A stretch of 62,080 nucleotides of DNA, the filler included, from Sphacelaria rigidula (lineage: Eukaryota): the NCBI GenBank assembly GCA_964200075.2. It is 9 parts of 9 records of this genome, joined end to end, with 100 filler letters (N's around TTAATTAATTAA, not from the genome) between each part and the next. Parts side by side here need not be neighbours in the genome. Positions count along the whole stretch, not along the records: positions 20,730 to 27,538 come from CAXNAA020017970.1; positions 27,639 to 34,447 come from CAXNAA020017971.1; positions 34,548 to 41,356 come from CAXNAA020017972.1; 6 more parts are not named here. One strand, written 5' to 3'. Positions within the stretch are counted from its first letter, which is position 1, and each line of letters begins with the position of its first letter. The notes under the pieces are model-generated. The model did no database searches. It had not been told where the DNA came from and saw only the letters and a program-made list of their open reading frames with translations. Below are positions 27,076 to 39,400 of the stretch, in pieces. The position numbers and the translations under genes are program-made.

Positions 27076-27177
27076 CCCTTAGACCGCGGTGCGGGTAGTC
27101 CATCTGGATCACGAATACTTTTTTCACGTGAAAATTGATGCCGATTCAGCAGGCGATCTACCCTCGCGGTCTAAGGG
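27076..27177. mobile_element. 102-bp TTAA-specific (piggyBac-type) MITE
   Basis: TTAA|CCCTTAGACCGCG...CGCGGTCTAAGGG|TTCA. It is absent from the matching left arm (gctagTTAAcgtcg at ~23752). A second copy lies at 59143-59242. Confidence 0.9.
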
Positions 27178-28134
27178 TTCACTAGCCCCTTATTATGCTA
27201 CACGTCAACGTGTCGTGCAACAGTTTGAAATGTGCATGTGACTGTCTTCCGAATGAATTGTTGACTCTCAGTCCGATCTGTTACTCTCAATCTCACGAAA
27301 CCATTGTTGCCATTGAGGACGACCTCCTGCGCGACCTTTGCGACCACACCTCCGTACAAGCTCCACTGGCCAATGCCGTTGCCGACCATGACGCTAGAAA
27401 GTTTCGGACAATGAATCTCATCGTAGAGTGAGAGCTCAAGTGGACATTTGAAACTTCAGAGTAGACGTTGAGAGTCATCCTACGATAGGGGGGGGGGGCA
27501 TTTGGTTGCACTGAAAAAGAGGCTCATAAGTGTGTCAGNNNNNNNNNNNNNNNNNNNNNNNNNNNNNNNNNNNNNNNNNNNNTTAATTAATTAANNNNNN
27601 NNNNNNNNNNNNNNNNNNNNNNNNNNNNNNNNNNNNNNAACTAGACTACTGACAAGGCAGCGCTGACTTGTCAGTAGTCTAGTTGGTTGTCTCTGAAACC
27701 GTCACGACCGCAGGGCCCGGCCAATAAAAGGTCACCAGATGTCAGACGCGTTTGTGATGCAGGTGACCCGGGCATGCACCCACGAAACAACATTTTCGCC
27801 AGATTTGAGTGTGTAGCGTTTGAATTGAGTGTGTAGCCTTTGAATTGGGTGTGGGTTTTTCGGCCCATTTGAATTTGAAAAATATATGAAGACAAAAGAT
27901 GTCAGTTCCACAGGCGGATACTTAGCGCCTGAGGTGTCCATTTGTAGAACCAGCTTTACTTTCACTCGAAAGTTTACTGCGTGGCCCTGATTACCAACCC
28001 TGCCTGGCGGTCAGAGAGGTGACATCCCGAAACGTCAGTCGTTGGATATATGATCCAAAACTAAACGCCCATCAACTTACCATTCTTTAAAATGGCGGCG
28101 AGTTGGTACCCTACACTTGTATTCAACGCGTTAG

Positions 28135-28293
28135 CCCTTTCGGGACCGGATTCCCACAGACATGGAGGTTGCACGAAGAAACCTCTTTGTTAATCGGCAT
28201 CATTTTCATTTGCTTTGAAGAAAAAATGATGCCGATTCACAAAAAGGTCCCTTCGTGCAATCCCATGTTTCTACGAGTCCGATCCCCAAAGGG
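28135..28293. mobile_element. Palindromic TTAA-type MITE; partial relative at 50900-50995
   Basis: TTAG|CCCTTTCGGGACCGGA...TCCGATCCCCAAAGGG|TTAA. Core AATCGGCATCATTTT / AAAATGATGCCGATT. Confidence 0.8.
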
Positions 28294-29239
28294 TTAATCG
28301 AGAAGACATTTTTGGAATGCATCCCATTATGTGCGAGGTACGATCGGAAGGGTCTGGGTGTACAACCGCTCACTGAAGAGACGAATGTTTCGATGGGTGA
28401 TGTCGCCATTCCCCTTATGGTAATAATATACATTCAACAAAACGTATCGATCCGTATTTATGTTTGTATAGCTGACGATTTTGAGAGTGTTCCGCGACGA
28501 TGCTCGCACTAACCCTTTGACGGCTAGGGAAGGTAGGTGATCTATTGAATCGGCATCGTTCACACTTGACATTAAGACATGCTAGTATTTCATCCATCAA
28601 AGGAACACGTAAAAACAACGCCTTCCTGTTGAAGGCCCACTCTAAATGAGATGATAGACACTCATCCTGACAAAACTGTCGCTCCATGCAAATCTGCATC
28701 TTAACTTTTGTTTTCACATCCTGCAAGGTTCACAGTTGTCCAACCTATGGAAAATTAGGACAAGAGACACTCAACCCGCTCGTTGCGAGAAAATACAGCA
28801 TCCATCCTATGACAACGGACAGCGAACTGATGGAAATATATAATGGCACCGAGGAAGTCGCTGACTGTGTCAGGAAGTTTTCTATGTGCACCATTTTCGG
28901 ACAAGAATCTTGGGTTACACCCGATTGCGGTATGCAGATGTACACAAGGACTTGAACAGTACCTCCCGCGCTATAATTAGCTTCTGAGACAACACGCATT
29001 GCCACGAGTCTGCTATGTTGATATGTGAACATGCAAGAGGCAGGGGATGCGGAAGACTGGGAACGAAACCTTCTTATGGGAATGACAAAAAACAATTGGG
29101 GCTTGTTTTGTCCTGTCCGAAATGATACCCCTCCATGGCACCGAGGAGACCGGAGGTCCCCGAAAAGATTGAAGAACCGGGCCCAGAGCTTGTGATACTA
29201 TTTTGATGATGAATCACGGGTCGTTTGCCCCCGGACTAA

Positions 29240-29673
29240 GAACACGGAATCTTACAAATTGGGGATGGATCTTTTATTGGGGATGATAACCCCGGAGAAT
29301 TAAAATCTCAAATCTTCGAAGTATGGCTCCATTTCTTTACCTACTGATAGCTATTAACAACTGCTACACGCCATAGAAATTTGGATTTCAATCACCGAAA
29401 TGTTGGGGTCCTAGGCGAACAAACAATTTTAGAATCATTTTGGCGTCCGTTCGGACACCCGAAATTCCTCAAAAGTGGTTTTTCACCTAGGATCCCAACG
29501 TTTCGGTGATCGAAATCCAAATTTCTATGGCGTGTAGCAGTTGTCAATAGCTATCAGTAGGTAAAGAAATAGAACCATATTTCGAAGATTTGGTATGGAT
29601 ACGGAGATTTTAATTCTCCAGGTTTCTCATCCCCAATAAAAGATTCATCCCCAATTTGTAAGATCCCGTGTTG
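29240..29673. mobile_element. Foldback MITE (434 bp) with (C/G)AACA termini and TSD AA; one-arm copy at 36258-36435
   Basis: Inverted arms of ~180 nt, AA|GAACACGGAATCTTAC...GTAAGATCCCGTGTTG|AA. Confidence 0.85.
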
Positions 29674-30511
29674 AAGGTGCTTCATATGTGGGCCCGAACC
29701 TGTGTTTTTGTTTTTCAATTCCTGAAATCGAAAAGACTCAACAGCTCCTTTCAGGCTATTTTGATATACTCGACGTTATTTTATTTTCTCTGTTGGGTAT
29801 TGTTCAGTTTGAACCAAAACGTTTTTGGTTCAAATGGCGTAACGTTCTTGCAGGAATGGCGCGAAACAGTCACATCAAGGGAAATTGCCTTCCCCGCAAA
29901 CAAACCTGTAGCAGGTGAGCAGGTGTGACTAGGTACACCGAGCGAATGCTGTGATGTACATGCGTGTCGATGACGATATCACCAGAGTAGCAACGGAGGA
30001 CAGGAAGCTCCTAGCCGGTGTCCCTGCTGTGTCCCCGTTCAGCGATTCTCAATCGCTGGAGAGATTAGCATCATTTTATCAGCAAATACCCAAGTTGCCA
30101 TGTGTTGGCAGGTGGGTTAGTTGTCGCCTCCTGCCTGTGGCGCTGACCAATGCAAAGATTGATTCCTCTCTGCATCTCTGCTTGGACAGGACGTGCTTCT
30201 GTGCACAAAAGAACACGTCGTCGAAAGCAGGGTGATGTTCCCGTCACCGTTTTACTGCTCTCACACACGCACATGCGAGCAAGGGCGGTTGCGCCGTTTC
30301 GCCAACATTTGATGATCGCAAGCTCGGGGGTGTTCTTGTAATCGTTGATTTCACCCGACGTCTGCAAACCAAAGACAAGAACCTGACACATCCCAGTTGA
30401 GGGGATGCATGAGAGATCATACACTCGTGTAGCGGCGATGTTCCCGTCACCGCTGCTGTTCTCTCACACACGCATGCTAGCAAGGACGGTACGGTGGCAA
30501 TAACAAGGAAT

Positions 30512-30860
30512 AGGGGATTCTATAAAATAAGGTTGATCAATAAAATGAGGTTCAAGGAGGCTAGCCAGTATGCGACAAAAACCCGAGGGAAGCACCGTCC
30601 GCAAGTGCCTTCGATCATTTTCGGGAGGGGGGGCATACTCATTTGTTGCTTGCCTTAGTTGTTTGACAATTGACCTTTCGAGACGGGGCGTGCTCAATGA
30701 TCGAACGACTAAGGCAAGCAACAAATGAGTACACCCACCCACCCCCCCCGAAAATGATCGAAGGCACTTGCGGACAGTACTTCCCTGGCGTTTTTGTCGC
30801 ATACTGGCTAACCTCCTCAATTCTCATTTCATTGATTAACCTCATTTTATAGAATCCCCT
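30512..30860. repeat. Palindrome centred on two outward-facing LINE 3' tails
   Basis: 30512-30672 is the inverse of 30697-30860. Both halves carry ACTAAGGCAAGCAACAAATGAGTA plus a C-run and ~115 nt of shared flank. Confidence 0.85.
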
Positions 30861-31149
30861 GTTAAGGGCTATGTCATGGTATTTGAAGGGACTGGCCTCG
30901 GAGTCTGTAATCTCTCGAGCACACATGTCTCGGAGTAAAGCAACGTTTGGATATGAAAATTCGATTTGGCCGTTGAGGGATGGCAGGTTGTTGGAAGATC
31001 CAATTCGAAATTCCCAATTGTTGACAGCCGTCGATATGAGATACAGCTTTGGGAGGCACATGTTCAGGTCATGAGGTCGTGTTTGGATTGGGCCTTTATC
31101 CGTACCTCCCAAAGGTATATACCTGTGCTCATACCTGCAATCGGATATA

Positions 31150-31689
31150 TCTATAGCGGTATACCCGAACCCCGAGTAGGGGCATGGGAGGCTTAGAGAG
31201 CTCACAGGACTGTCGAGTACCGGTACTGGATGAAAGTCTTACAGAAATTACAGAACTTGTCGGGTACGGTATAGAAGGCTTACAGAAAACCAGTACCGGC
31301 AATCTCAGATATTTCTTCAAGGGCGCATACCCACGCTCCAGGCACGGGTGAACATTCTGTACGGAACTCACAGAACTGTCGGGTAAGGGTATGGGAGGCT
31401 CACAGAACTCACAGAAAATGTCGGGTAGGGTATGGAGGTTGCACAGAAAACCGTATCCGCAATCAGGTATCTCATCAAGAGCGTACCCATGCCCCTCGGT
31501 AACGGTACGGGAGTCTTGCAGAGATTACAGAACTATCGGGTAAGGGTATGAAAGTCTTCCAGAGATTACAGAACTGTCGGGTACCGGTATGGAAATCTTA
31601 CAGAGATTACAGAACTGTCGGGTACGGTAAACACCCGGCAAAATACTCCGGGTATACAGAAAACCGTACCCTACAGAACACAACCTTGG
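31150..31689 (+). repeat. Degenerate ~38-bp minisatellite (ACAGAACTGTCGGGTA.GGGTATG...) ending in a CAAGG-type TIR
   Basis: The unit recurs repeatedly. The end ACCCTACAGAACACAACCTTG is the inverse of CAAGGATGTGTTCTGTAGGGT at 49760 (one mismatch). Confidence 0.85.
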
Positions 31690-32769
31690 AATCGTCTTGT
31701 CTACTGCCCATTGAATGTTCATGTGCACAACAGATAACGTTGCCGGAGTGTTCCTTGGATTGCACATTTGCTTACCTGTGTCATGACTGGGTATGGACAT
31801 AATTATGTGTGTGAGGTCGATGGTGCCCCCAGTGCCTCCCATGACCACTCTCTCTCGGATATCGGACACCATCAGCTTGAGCCGCCGTTTCTCTGAGTTC
31901 CAAGCGAGTCCTTACCAGTAAGCTTTATAGTCGCGGGGAACTATTGGCTCTGGTTCGTTTTGTAAATTACAAGGGGATAATTCATTTATGTGCACGCCTG
32001 GACTGAACTACTTAGTGGGGTTTGGATTTGGGTTGATTTGTTGATCTGTTGCTGCGCAGCTGTGCATTGTAACCTGGCACATACGGCTCAAGTCTCTGTT
32101 CATGAGAACACACAGGACAAAGGTGGTGAGGCTGCCTTCTCGGAGGAGACTAGGCCTAATTACATAATAACTAGAGCCCACTTTGGGCAATGGGCACAAT
32201 AATAGTCTATTATTATTGCTTCAGCAATAGACACGAGGGGAAACCTATCGATATGCATTGTCGAACACGATAGATGGTGAAAGACATCTACTGATATATA
32301 TTGCAAGGGACAATAGATGTTGCAATAGTCGATCGATAGTCTATGGCACTTGCAATATATACAAATCACTCGCCATCGATGGACGCCGTGTACCGCAATA
32401 GATTATGGTGTGGAGAATACCTCTTTGCAGTGACATATCAGAGACTGATCCCACACGTGTATGAAGAGCCAGAGCAAGCACGTACAAGGGGGGAACGGTC
32501 CGAATAGACCAGATTATTGAGGACTCTGTAATGCCAACAAAACTAGACAACTCGGGGTGATGCCAGGAAGAGCCTAATATTCAGGACGGTCCAACATCCC
32601 CCGAGGAACTAGTCGCCCCCGGCGACCACTCCCTGTCCGACCCAATTTCTTGCCCACATCTCACAAGAGGAAATCATCGTCAGCGTCAGAGTTCCTTCGG
32701 CATCAGGACGGCATATGTCAGGACAGCCTCCTCCTTAGTCTGTCTCCCCTTTCGATACATCTTCCTTAC

Positions 32770-34359
32770 ATTGGCGGCACCATAACAGAACTCAAGTAAG
32801 ACATTCATTAGAAAGGTACACGTCTTGCACCACGCCGAAAAATAAATCAGCACACAAAACATCCACCAAGATAACTACACAGGGAAAGATCACCGCGAGG
32901 ACCTTCGAGCATCCCACCACGGCTGTCACGTCATCAGCTTCCACCTCGGCGGCGAACTTGGCAGAGTCAAGAGGCGCAGCCCAGCCAGAGATACCTGCGC
33001 CGGCTGACACCACTCTGCCCGCCCAACCACCGTACAGCCACGAGGGGGGAAACGACAGCGACGACTCTGACGACTCTGAGCAGAGCACGGATATCCGTCG
33101 GGTGTCCAAAAGACGGCTCGATGCGCTACGCGATCCCACCACATTGTCTTTATCCTCTACACCAACCCCTACACCACATCCCACCATCAAGGAAAAGGCA
33201 GCAGAAGTCGCATACAGGGCGCTGGAGAGGAGCGAGGAGGAGGAAACGGAGCCAGCTCCGTGGGTAATGCAGGCATTGGGGTTTTCGGTACCACAGGACA
33301 AAGGAGTCTCACAGCTAGCGGAAATGGTAGCCGACCATGGCGCAATCCTTACGGACCCCCAGTCGCAGCTAAAAGCGATTAAAGGGGAGAGAGGAAGAGC
33401 GGAGAAATGACCTGCTAGCAGGGACAGGAGCGCGAGTAGATCAGGGGGAGAGATAAAAACAAGTACGCTTCAAGGACAGTAACGATGAGAGTACATCCGA
33501 TGACGAGCAGTTGAGCGGTAAAACGAAAAACTCGGGCTGTTGTGAGTACGCACCATGCAGGTACAAGAACACACACGAGACAGCAGATTACCGCCTTATG
33601 CAGAGCCATGTAGAGTTTGCCAGAAAGTACAACCCGTGAAGACGCCCAACAGAGGAGCCCTCGTCTGATCAGGGTAAAAACGGTAAATCCTTACGTAGAA
33701 AATCGAGGGAAACAGAAGGACGCGAAATCGTCAACCCTCTGGCTCGTAAGATGGGAGAGTTTCTTTTATCTGACAGTACAGCGGACCAACCACGGAGAAT
33801 GCGTGAGAGGTCTCGGGTAGAGGTCAACCACATACGAGATGAGCAAGAGCAGGAGCATCGCAGCAGAGGGCAGAGTACAAATAGCGAATGCGTCGAACAG
33901 ACGCAACGTATATATTTAGCTCCGCAGGCGGCTTTTGTGAGTAACTCATCGAAGAAAAATAAAAAATTGAAACACCAATCTTCATTTTTAAACCCGATCT
34001 TAAATTATCACTGTTATGACTCATACAACGCATCATCGCTTGCCAGGTATACAGATGCGCCTCTAGCGCTATCCTGTGCATCAGAGCAAAAGGATCATCG
34101 ACGAACACCCGGCCATAATAGCAGCGGATATAAAGCCAGTACCGCCAGGATCGATGGAGCTCAGAAGCACGGATGGCTCCCCTATAAACATTCTAGGGTT
34201 TATACGTTTCGAACTTGTTTTAGAGATAAAACCCTACCAGTAGAGGCGTTTGTACTACCTAGCCCGGGATCGGATTGCCTGTTCCTAGACAATTCCATTA
34301 TGAGTGCTTTCCAAGCTATACTCGACTGGCAAGCCGGAGAGTTAACATTCCGTGACTGA
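32770..34359 (+). mobile_element. Decayed Ty3/gypsy gag-protease region
   Basis: TLPVEAFVLPSPGSDCLFLDNSIMSAFQAILDWQAGELTFRD fits a retropepsin C-terminal half. The upstream gag-like frames are broken. There is a candidate PBS TGGCGGCACC at ~32772 after TTACA. Confidence 0.6.
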
Positions 34360-34712
34360 GACATCCTACGATAGGGGGGGGGGGGTATTTTTGGGCCATT
34401 TGTTGCTCGAAATTTCGAGTCAGATCGTCGTTGAAAGCAGCAACGGTNNNNNNNNNNNNNNNNNNNNNNNNNNNNNNNNNNNNNNNNNNNNTTAATTAAT
34501 TAANNNNNNNNNNNNNNNNNNNNNNNNNNNNNNNNNNNNNNNNNNNNCACTTTAGTTCCCACAGGGTTAAACAAAACTCCGGCTATGTCACCCTCTTCGC
34601 CTCTTCATTGCGGTCAGTGTGAACTGCAGCGGTGCCATCCGCGGGAAGGTGGACCCCTCTAAATAAATCCCGGACCGTATCATCACCGCGGGGGCGCGCA
34701 TCACAAGGTATA

Positions 34713-34924
34713 TGTAATGCGTGAGAGGACCGCGTGCTTAGAGGACCGCGCCGTAGTTAAAAATACCTCAGGATCGATGTTTTTCAAAACCAATTGGGTG
34801 AGTCGCTGCAGGTACCACGCCCCTGACCCTAACCCCAACACTAACCCTGACCCTAACCCTAACCATAGGGGTGTTCAAATTCCGATGCGGTCCTCTAAGC
34901 ACGCGGCCCTCTCACGCATTACAG
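34713..34924. mobile_element. TA-flanked (Tc1/mariner-type) MITE carrying telomere-like (CCCTAA)n
   Basis: TIR TGTAATGCGTGAGAGGACCGCGTGCTTAGAGGACCGC and its inverse, with TA on both sides. About 7 CCCT(A/G)A-like units lie at 34821-34864. Confidence 0.85.
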
Positions 34925-37186
34925 TATATACGGTAGCTCCCAACTCAACGACCGACCCAGCACCGACGTGTCGCTCGACACGGGGCCATTCGAAGCACAG
35001 ATAGATGGTGGAAGCCATGCTGTACGGGTGAACGACATGGGGTTTGCCCGCAAAGGATTTCGAGAGCTCCACTGTCTAGAGTTGGTTGTGCTCGAGAGTA
35101 CCAAGTGCGAGGATGTCCGACATGCCGCGTGTAAACGTCAGCTCTGGTTCGAGGTATTTACTGACAGGGAGGGTGATCCAAAAAGCACGCTATGCTCGGA
35201 AGGCTGGCTACACAAGGACCCAGTACAGGTGGAGAGCCCCATACTTGTGGAGGAAATCGAGCTTGATATTTTTTGGTGTCACCCCGAGCAGTATACGCAT
35301 GGGAGTGGGGGCGTGTGTGAAGAGAAAGCTTGCCTGTGGAAGGAGCCAGGCCTCGTATTCCTGATCTAAGTGACACATGCGCGGGAGTGGGAGTGAAGGA
35401 GAAAGGCATTCTCCTTGAGGAGCGGAGTTCAGGATTTGTGGTAGCTCTCGCTTGTAGACTTTAGCCATCACTATTACCTAAGGTTAGGGACATTGTGTAG
35501 GTGGAGTTACGGGTCTAATTGCCGGACTCTGTGATGGGTGACCTCCATGACGTGAGGCTTGGTTTTGCTACTTTGGTGGAGAGAGGCTATGGTCCCGTTC
35601 TCCTGTACTATGTTGAGGGTTAATATATGAATAACTAAACCTGCTGAAGTCCATGTGCCCGTGATGGGAGTAGTCCGCATGGCGATCTGATCTTGAGTGG
35701 CAGAATAGACTACAGGCTGCTTTACTTCGTACACCACCCATGACGCGCCTCGTGATACACAAATTTCGGGGGAGAGGCATCGGTGAGGGGGCGCTCCCCA
35801 CTTGGAAATTATCAAATGATTATGTGCAATTTCCAGTCCTCACCCGGTCCAACGATCATACGTGACACTTGTGCCCGGTTCAGAAGCGGTCATGTGAGAG
35901 TTTGCCCAGCACGCGAAACGCGTTGGAAATGTTGTTTTTCATGGCTGGACAAAAAAGGCAGGCGTCCGCGCGTCAACCCTGGATCTTCGGAGACGGGGTT
36001 TGGCGTAAAGCTCGTCACTCGTAGGCCGCGGTTTCGCGCAGTTCCGATCGCAAGTTACCCCCAATCTAGCCCGCATAGATTCAAGACAGCCATCAAAAGT
36101 GCAAACTCCGGTTTGAACGACAGGGTGCTGTCCAGTACCGAAACGTGGCAGCCGGCAGGTGTCAAATCATAAATCCTGTTCAGACCTTGACGTAATAGTT
36201 GCGCCGGCATGACCACAATGATGGTGATCAGGAGGCCGCCGTGGTATCAAGCGGTCACCCAACATTTCGGTTATCGAAATCCCAATTTGTCTGGCGTGTA
36301 GTAGTTGTCAATAGCTACGAGCAAGTGAAGCAATGAAATCACATTTCGAAGATTTGGTGGGAATACGAAGATTATATTTCTCCGAGTTCTCATCCCCAAT
36401 AAAAGATGCATCCCCAATTTGTAAAATCCCGCGTTTCGTAGTGAGCGAAGTAGAGAAATGAAGGGAAAACCGCTCATGATTCACGGCGAATGTCGTGAAG
36501 GCGCATCAGAGCTGTCAAACAGCACATATTCGAAAGAAACGATCTTATTAAAACGTGAATCAACAATGTTGTTCACGGAGCACTTCACCCTGCCCTTTCC
36601 AGGAAACACTCGAAAAGGGGTGAGGTTAAAAAAAGAAGAGACATTTCAAAAATCCGTCCTACTCGCAGGGGTTCGCGAAGGAGTCCCGCCTCCTTATCTC
36701 ACCGTTTCAAATCACCTCAATCCCCGGCATTCCACTGAAACATAACGTAGGGAACCAGCAAATGGCACAAAAGGCGTTTCAGAATAATGCCTCTTTGATA
36801 CTCTTCAAAAAGCTGGTGAAGCAAAAGCGGCCACTTTTGGTGTTGACGACACAACCTCTACAGGGAACTATTCCGCATTCCCGATGAGCAATGAGCTCAA
36901 CCACATGTGATCGTGGCTGCTGCTCCGGTACGAAACGGGCTGGTGGTGCGCAGTGGAATACACACAAAACGAAATCTTCAGTGGTTGGGGCGGGGGGCGG
37001 GAAGACCAACATTACACGAACCAAAATCATCACACACAAAACACACACAAACTTCCGGACTGGAACTTCTGCAGAGTAACATGCCCACTCTTCTACATAT
37101 CTAAAAAAATACACCGTGCTTTATGCGCATGTTGCAGAAGAGAGCACAACATAGTCTCGTGGAGGAAACAATAAACAAATCAACAA

Positions 37187-37340
37187 TTAAATCGCGGCGG
37201 AGCGCAGGCCGCCCGACTCAAGCTCGTCCTTCGCCCGCTTCTTGAACGTCTTGCGCTCGTCGAGCCACATTTCCAGCTGAACCTTTTCCACGTCCTTTAG
37301 CCAGTCCAAGAAGCCATCACGGCCTTCCTTCTTGTCCGTA
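37187..37340 (-). CDS. Orphan terminal exon of an unidentified gene (TDKKEGRDGFLDWLKDVEKVQLEMWLDERKTFKKRAKDELESGGLRSAAI*)
   Basis: CAG acceptor at 37343-37341, strongly GC3-biased codons, TAA at 37189-37187. Upstream exons were not located. Confidence 0.65.
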
Positions 37341-37620
37341 CTGATGTATTTGTTCGTGGGGAGTATCATCATTTCATGGTCATGATTCAACGACAGCAAA
37401 ACGAATACACACAGACAAGCAATGGACGAAGACGAGCAAGCGCGTCGGTTCTCAGCATTAGCGTTGACTTGTCACCATCCGATAGCAGGAACAACTGCAC
37501 GTAACGATGAATAGAAACAAAAAGTTCTTTTTATATACAATATTTTTGTTTTGTAGTCCAGAGGTTCGAGCCGCTTGTCAGGCCACTCCTCGCGGCACCA
37601 GAGCAAACACCAATCGAAAG

Positions 37621-37927
37621 TAACGACGTTGTCGTGATATCGAGAGTAGAGCGTTGATCGAGAGTGGGTTTTATCAATCGCTTTAATTTGATAACTTTTT
37701 CATTTGTGTGTGTGCGCTTTTTTTTCGCTTGTAAAACTGTCGTGTGCTGACAGCTACACGTCGATACCTTACTCGGGGATGTCAAGGGCCCCAGTGGCAA
37801 GCTACCACAGAACGCGTACCGGGCCTCGTGGAGGGTCATTACGGAGCCGAAACGATTCGTTCATCAAATTGACAGCTTCTCGCTCTACATCGTATCCTTT
37901 ACTTTCAATATCACGAAAACACTGTTG
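37621..37927 (+). mobile_element. CAACA-type MITE family B, full length, TSD AG
   Basis: AG|TAACGACGTTGTCGTGATATCGAGAG...TTTCAATATCACGAAAACACTGTTG|AG. The body is colinear with the 7652 and 11450 copies. Confidence 0.85.
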
Positions 37928-38229
37928 AGTGCATATTTTGGGCATTCGCCATCGTTTTTCGAGTGAAACGACAACCAGGCGGACAACGCCACCTCGGAAC
38001 GACCTACTCCCTTCCCTGTAGGATTCCAATACGCCTCGACGATATTTGGCGCAAGCAGTTTGACTGAGTCGGGGGGAAATTGAAGAGCAAAATCCTACAA
38101 ACCTCCCGATTTACAGTAGTGTACGAACTCTTGCATGCACTTCTGTGAATTGGGGAAGGTTTGTACAGTTTCACACCTATTTTTCTCAGACCTGAAGTCA
38201 AACTGCGCGCACCGAAAAAAAAAAAAAAC

Positions 38230-39400
38230 TGTGCCCAACGATCAAGCCCTTACCAGCAAAAGGGGACCTCGCTGACAGGGATAGCCGTTGAGGCTTTTTC
38301 GACTCCGAGTAAGATACTCCGAGAATAAGAAAGGGACACATACCACCGTGCTGTCTCTGATATCAGATCTTCTCCGGATACCCTATATCGCGGTAAGCGC
38401 CCCAAACTCCACTACACTGCGAGTCATTGAGCGGAGCTTACGCTGGCGTGCGATTTAATACCGTAATTCATTCACATTTTGATCCAATGCCAAGGTACCA
38501 GACGGAATTTCGCATAAAATCGAGGAAATCCAAGGTTTCCCAACATATCTTCACATGAACCTGTGAAGGGACGCCGTTATAATTTACTGGTTAGTGTTTA
38601 CTCAACGCGCAGTATGAAGAATATGACAAGTTCAAATACAGGCCAGTATGAAAAGATCACGAACAACACGCTCTAGGTTGACTTCTACAAGCATTATTCT
38701 CTCGGATGTTCGCCGCGAGCCCTTGAAGAGCGACTCGAGGTGCATCAAACGGGGAGTGATGCGGAGACCACGAGTGTGTAAGCGCGGAGTAATTACATCT
38801 ACGACATGTAAACCGGTGACGAGGCCAGTACAGGAGTAGGTCCAACAGTGGCCTGTTCGAGAAGCCTGGAACTCTCATATCTGTAGAGTGGAATTTTGCG
38901 GGACCCTAGCAAACAGGTCTCAACGGTACACGAGCTCTACATAACAGGAGCCACCGTCGAGCCCTGGGGAGTCACAACACAACACAACTACTCTACACCC
39001 AGTGCATGTTGATTCCGAGAGTCCACCACCCAGACCACTGTCCATCCTCGATTATATGTAAAGGCAGAAACTTACGCCCCAGCTTGCGGCTCAACACCGC
39101 TCGACACAAGGATGCCACATATCTTCACCAACTGGCGTTATCCACTACTTGGTCGTCTCTTCACGCCAAAAAACGCAAAGGATCGACATATGAATAGACT
39201 CGTACTATCGGCCACACTGGAAAAAAGTGGCTTCATTATCCGAAAAAAAAAACATATCTCAGAAGCGTGCCTTTTTCTATCCTACCACGATGTTTCCCAC
39301 CCGAGAGGAGGACCGCAGTAGAAGGATTTCACGACGTCGGAAGTGAGAGGGGAAAAGGTGAAGCCTCTCCTCTCAGGAAATCACCTACCCTACAACTACA
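38230..39400 (+). pseudogene. Possible highly decayed non-LTR retrotransposon C-terminal region
   Basis: Scattered frameshifted motifs RRALGSH, TTQTTVHPRL and VLSATLEK recall the Zn-knuckle region of REL-type elements. Many stops. Confidence 0.25.

Larger units (their letters stand above)
23624..27309. mobile_element. 3.7-kb non-autonomous foldback transposon with ~440-bp TIRs, family-B termini and TSD CC
   Basis: Left arm 23624-24064 is the inverse of right arm 26767-27309. Termini are AAACAATGTTTCCGTGAGATTGAGAG / CTCTCAATCTCACGAAACCATTGTTG. CC lies at 23622-23623 and 27310-27311. Confidence 0.8.

Noticed and set aside
31150..31689. CRISPR-like array
   Set aside because: The units are contiguous and degenerate, with no unique spacers and no cas genes, in a eukaryotic context. 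It is a minisatellite.
34930..35480. Protein-coding region (133-aa plus-strand ORF or broken minus-strand frame)
   Set aside because: No recognisable domain or splice structure, and the minus frame has stops.
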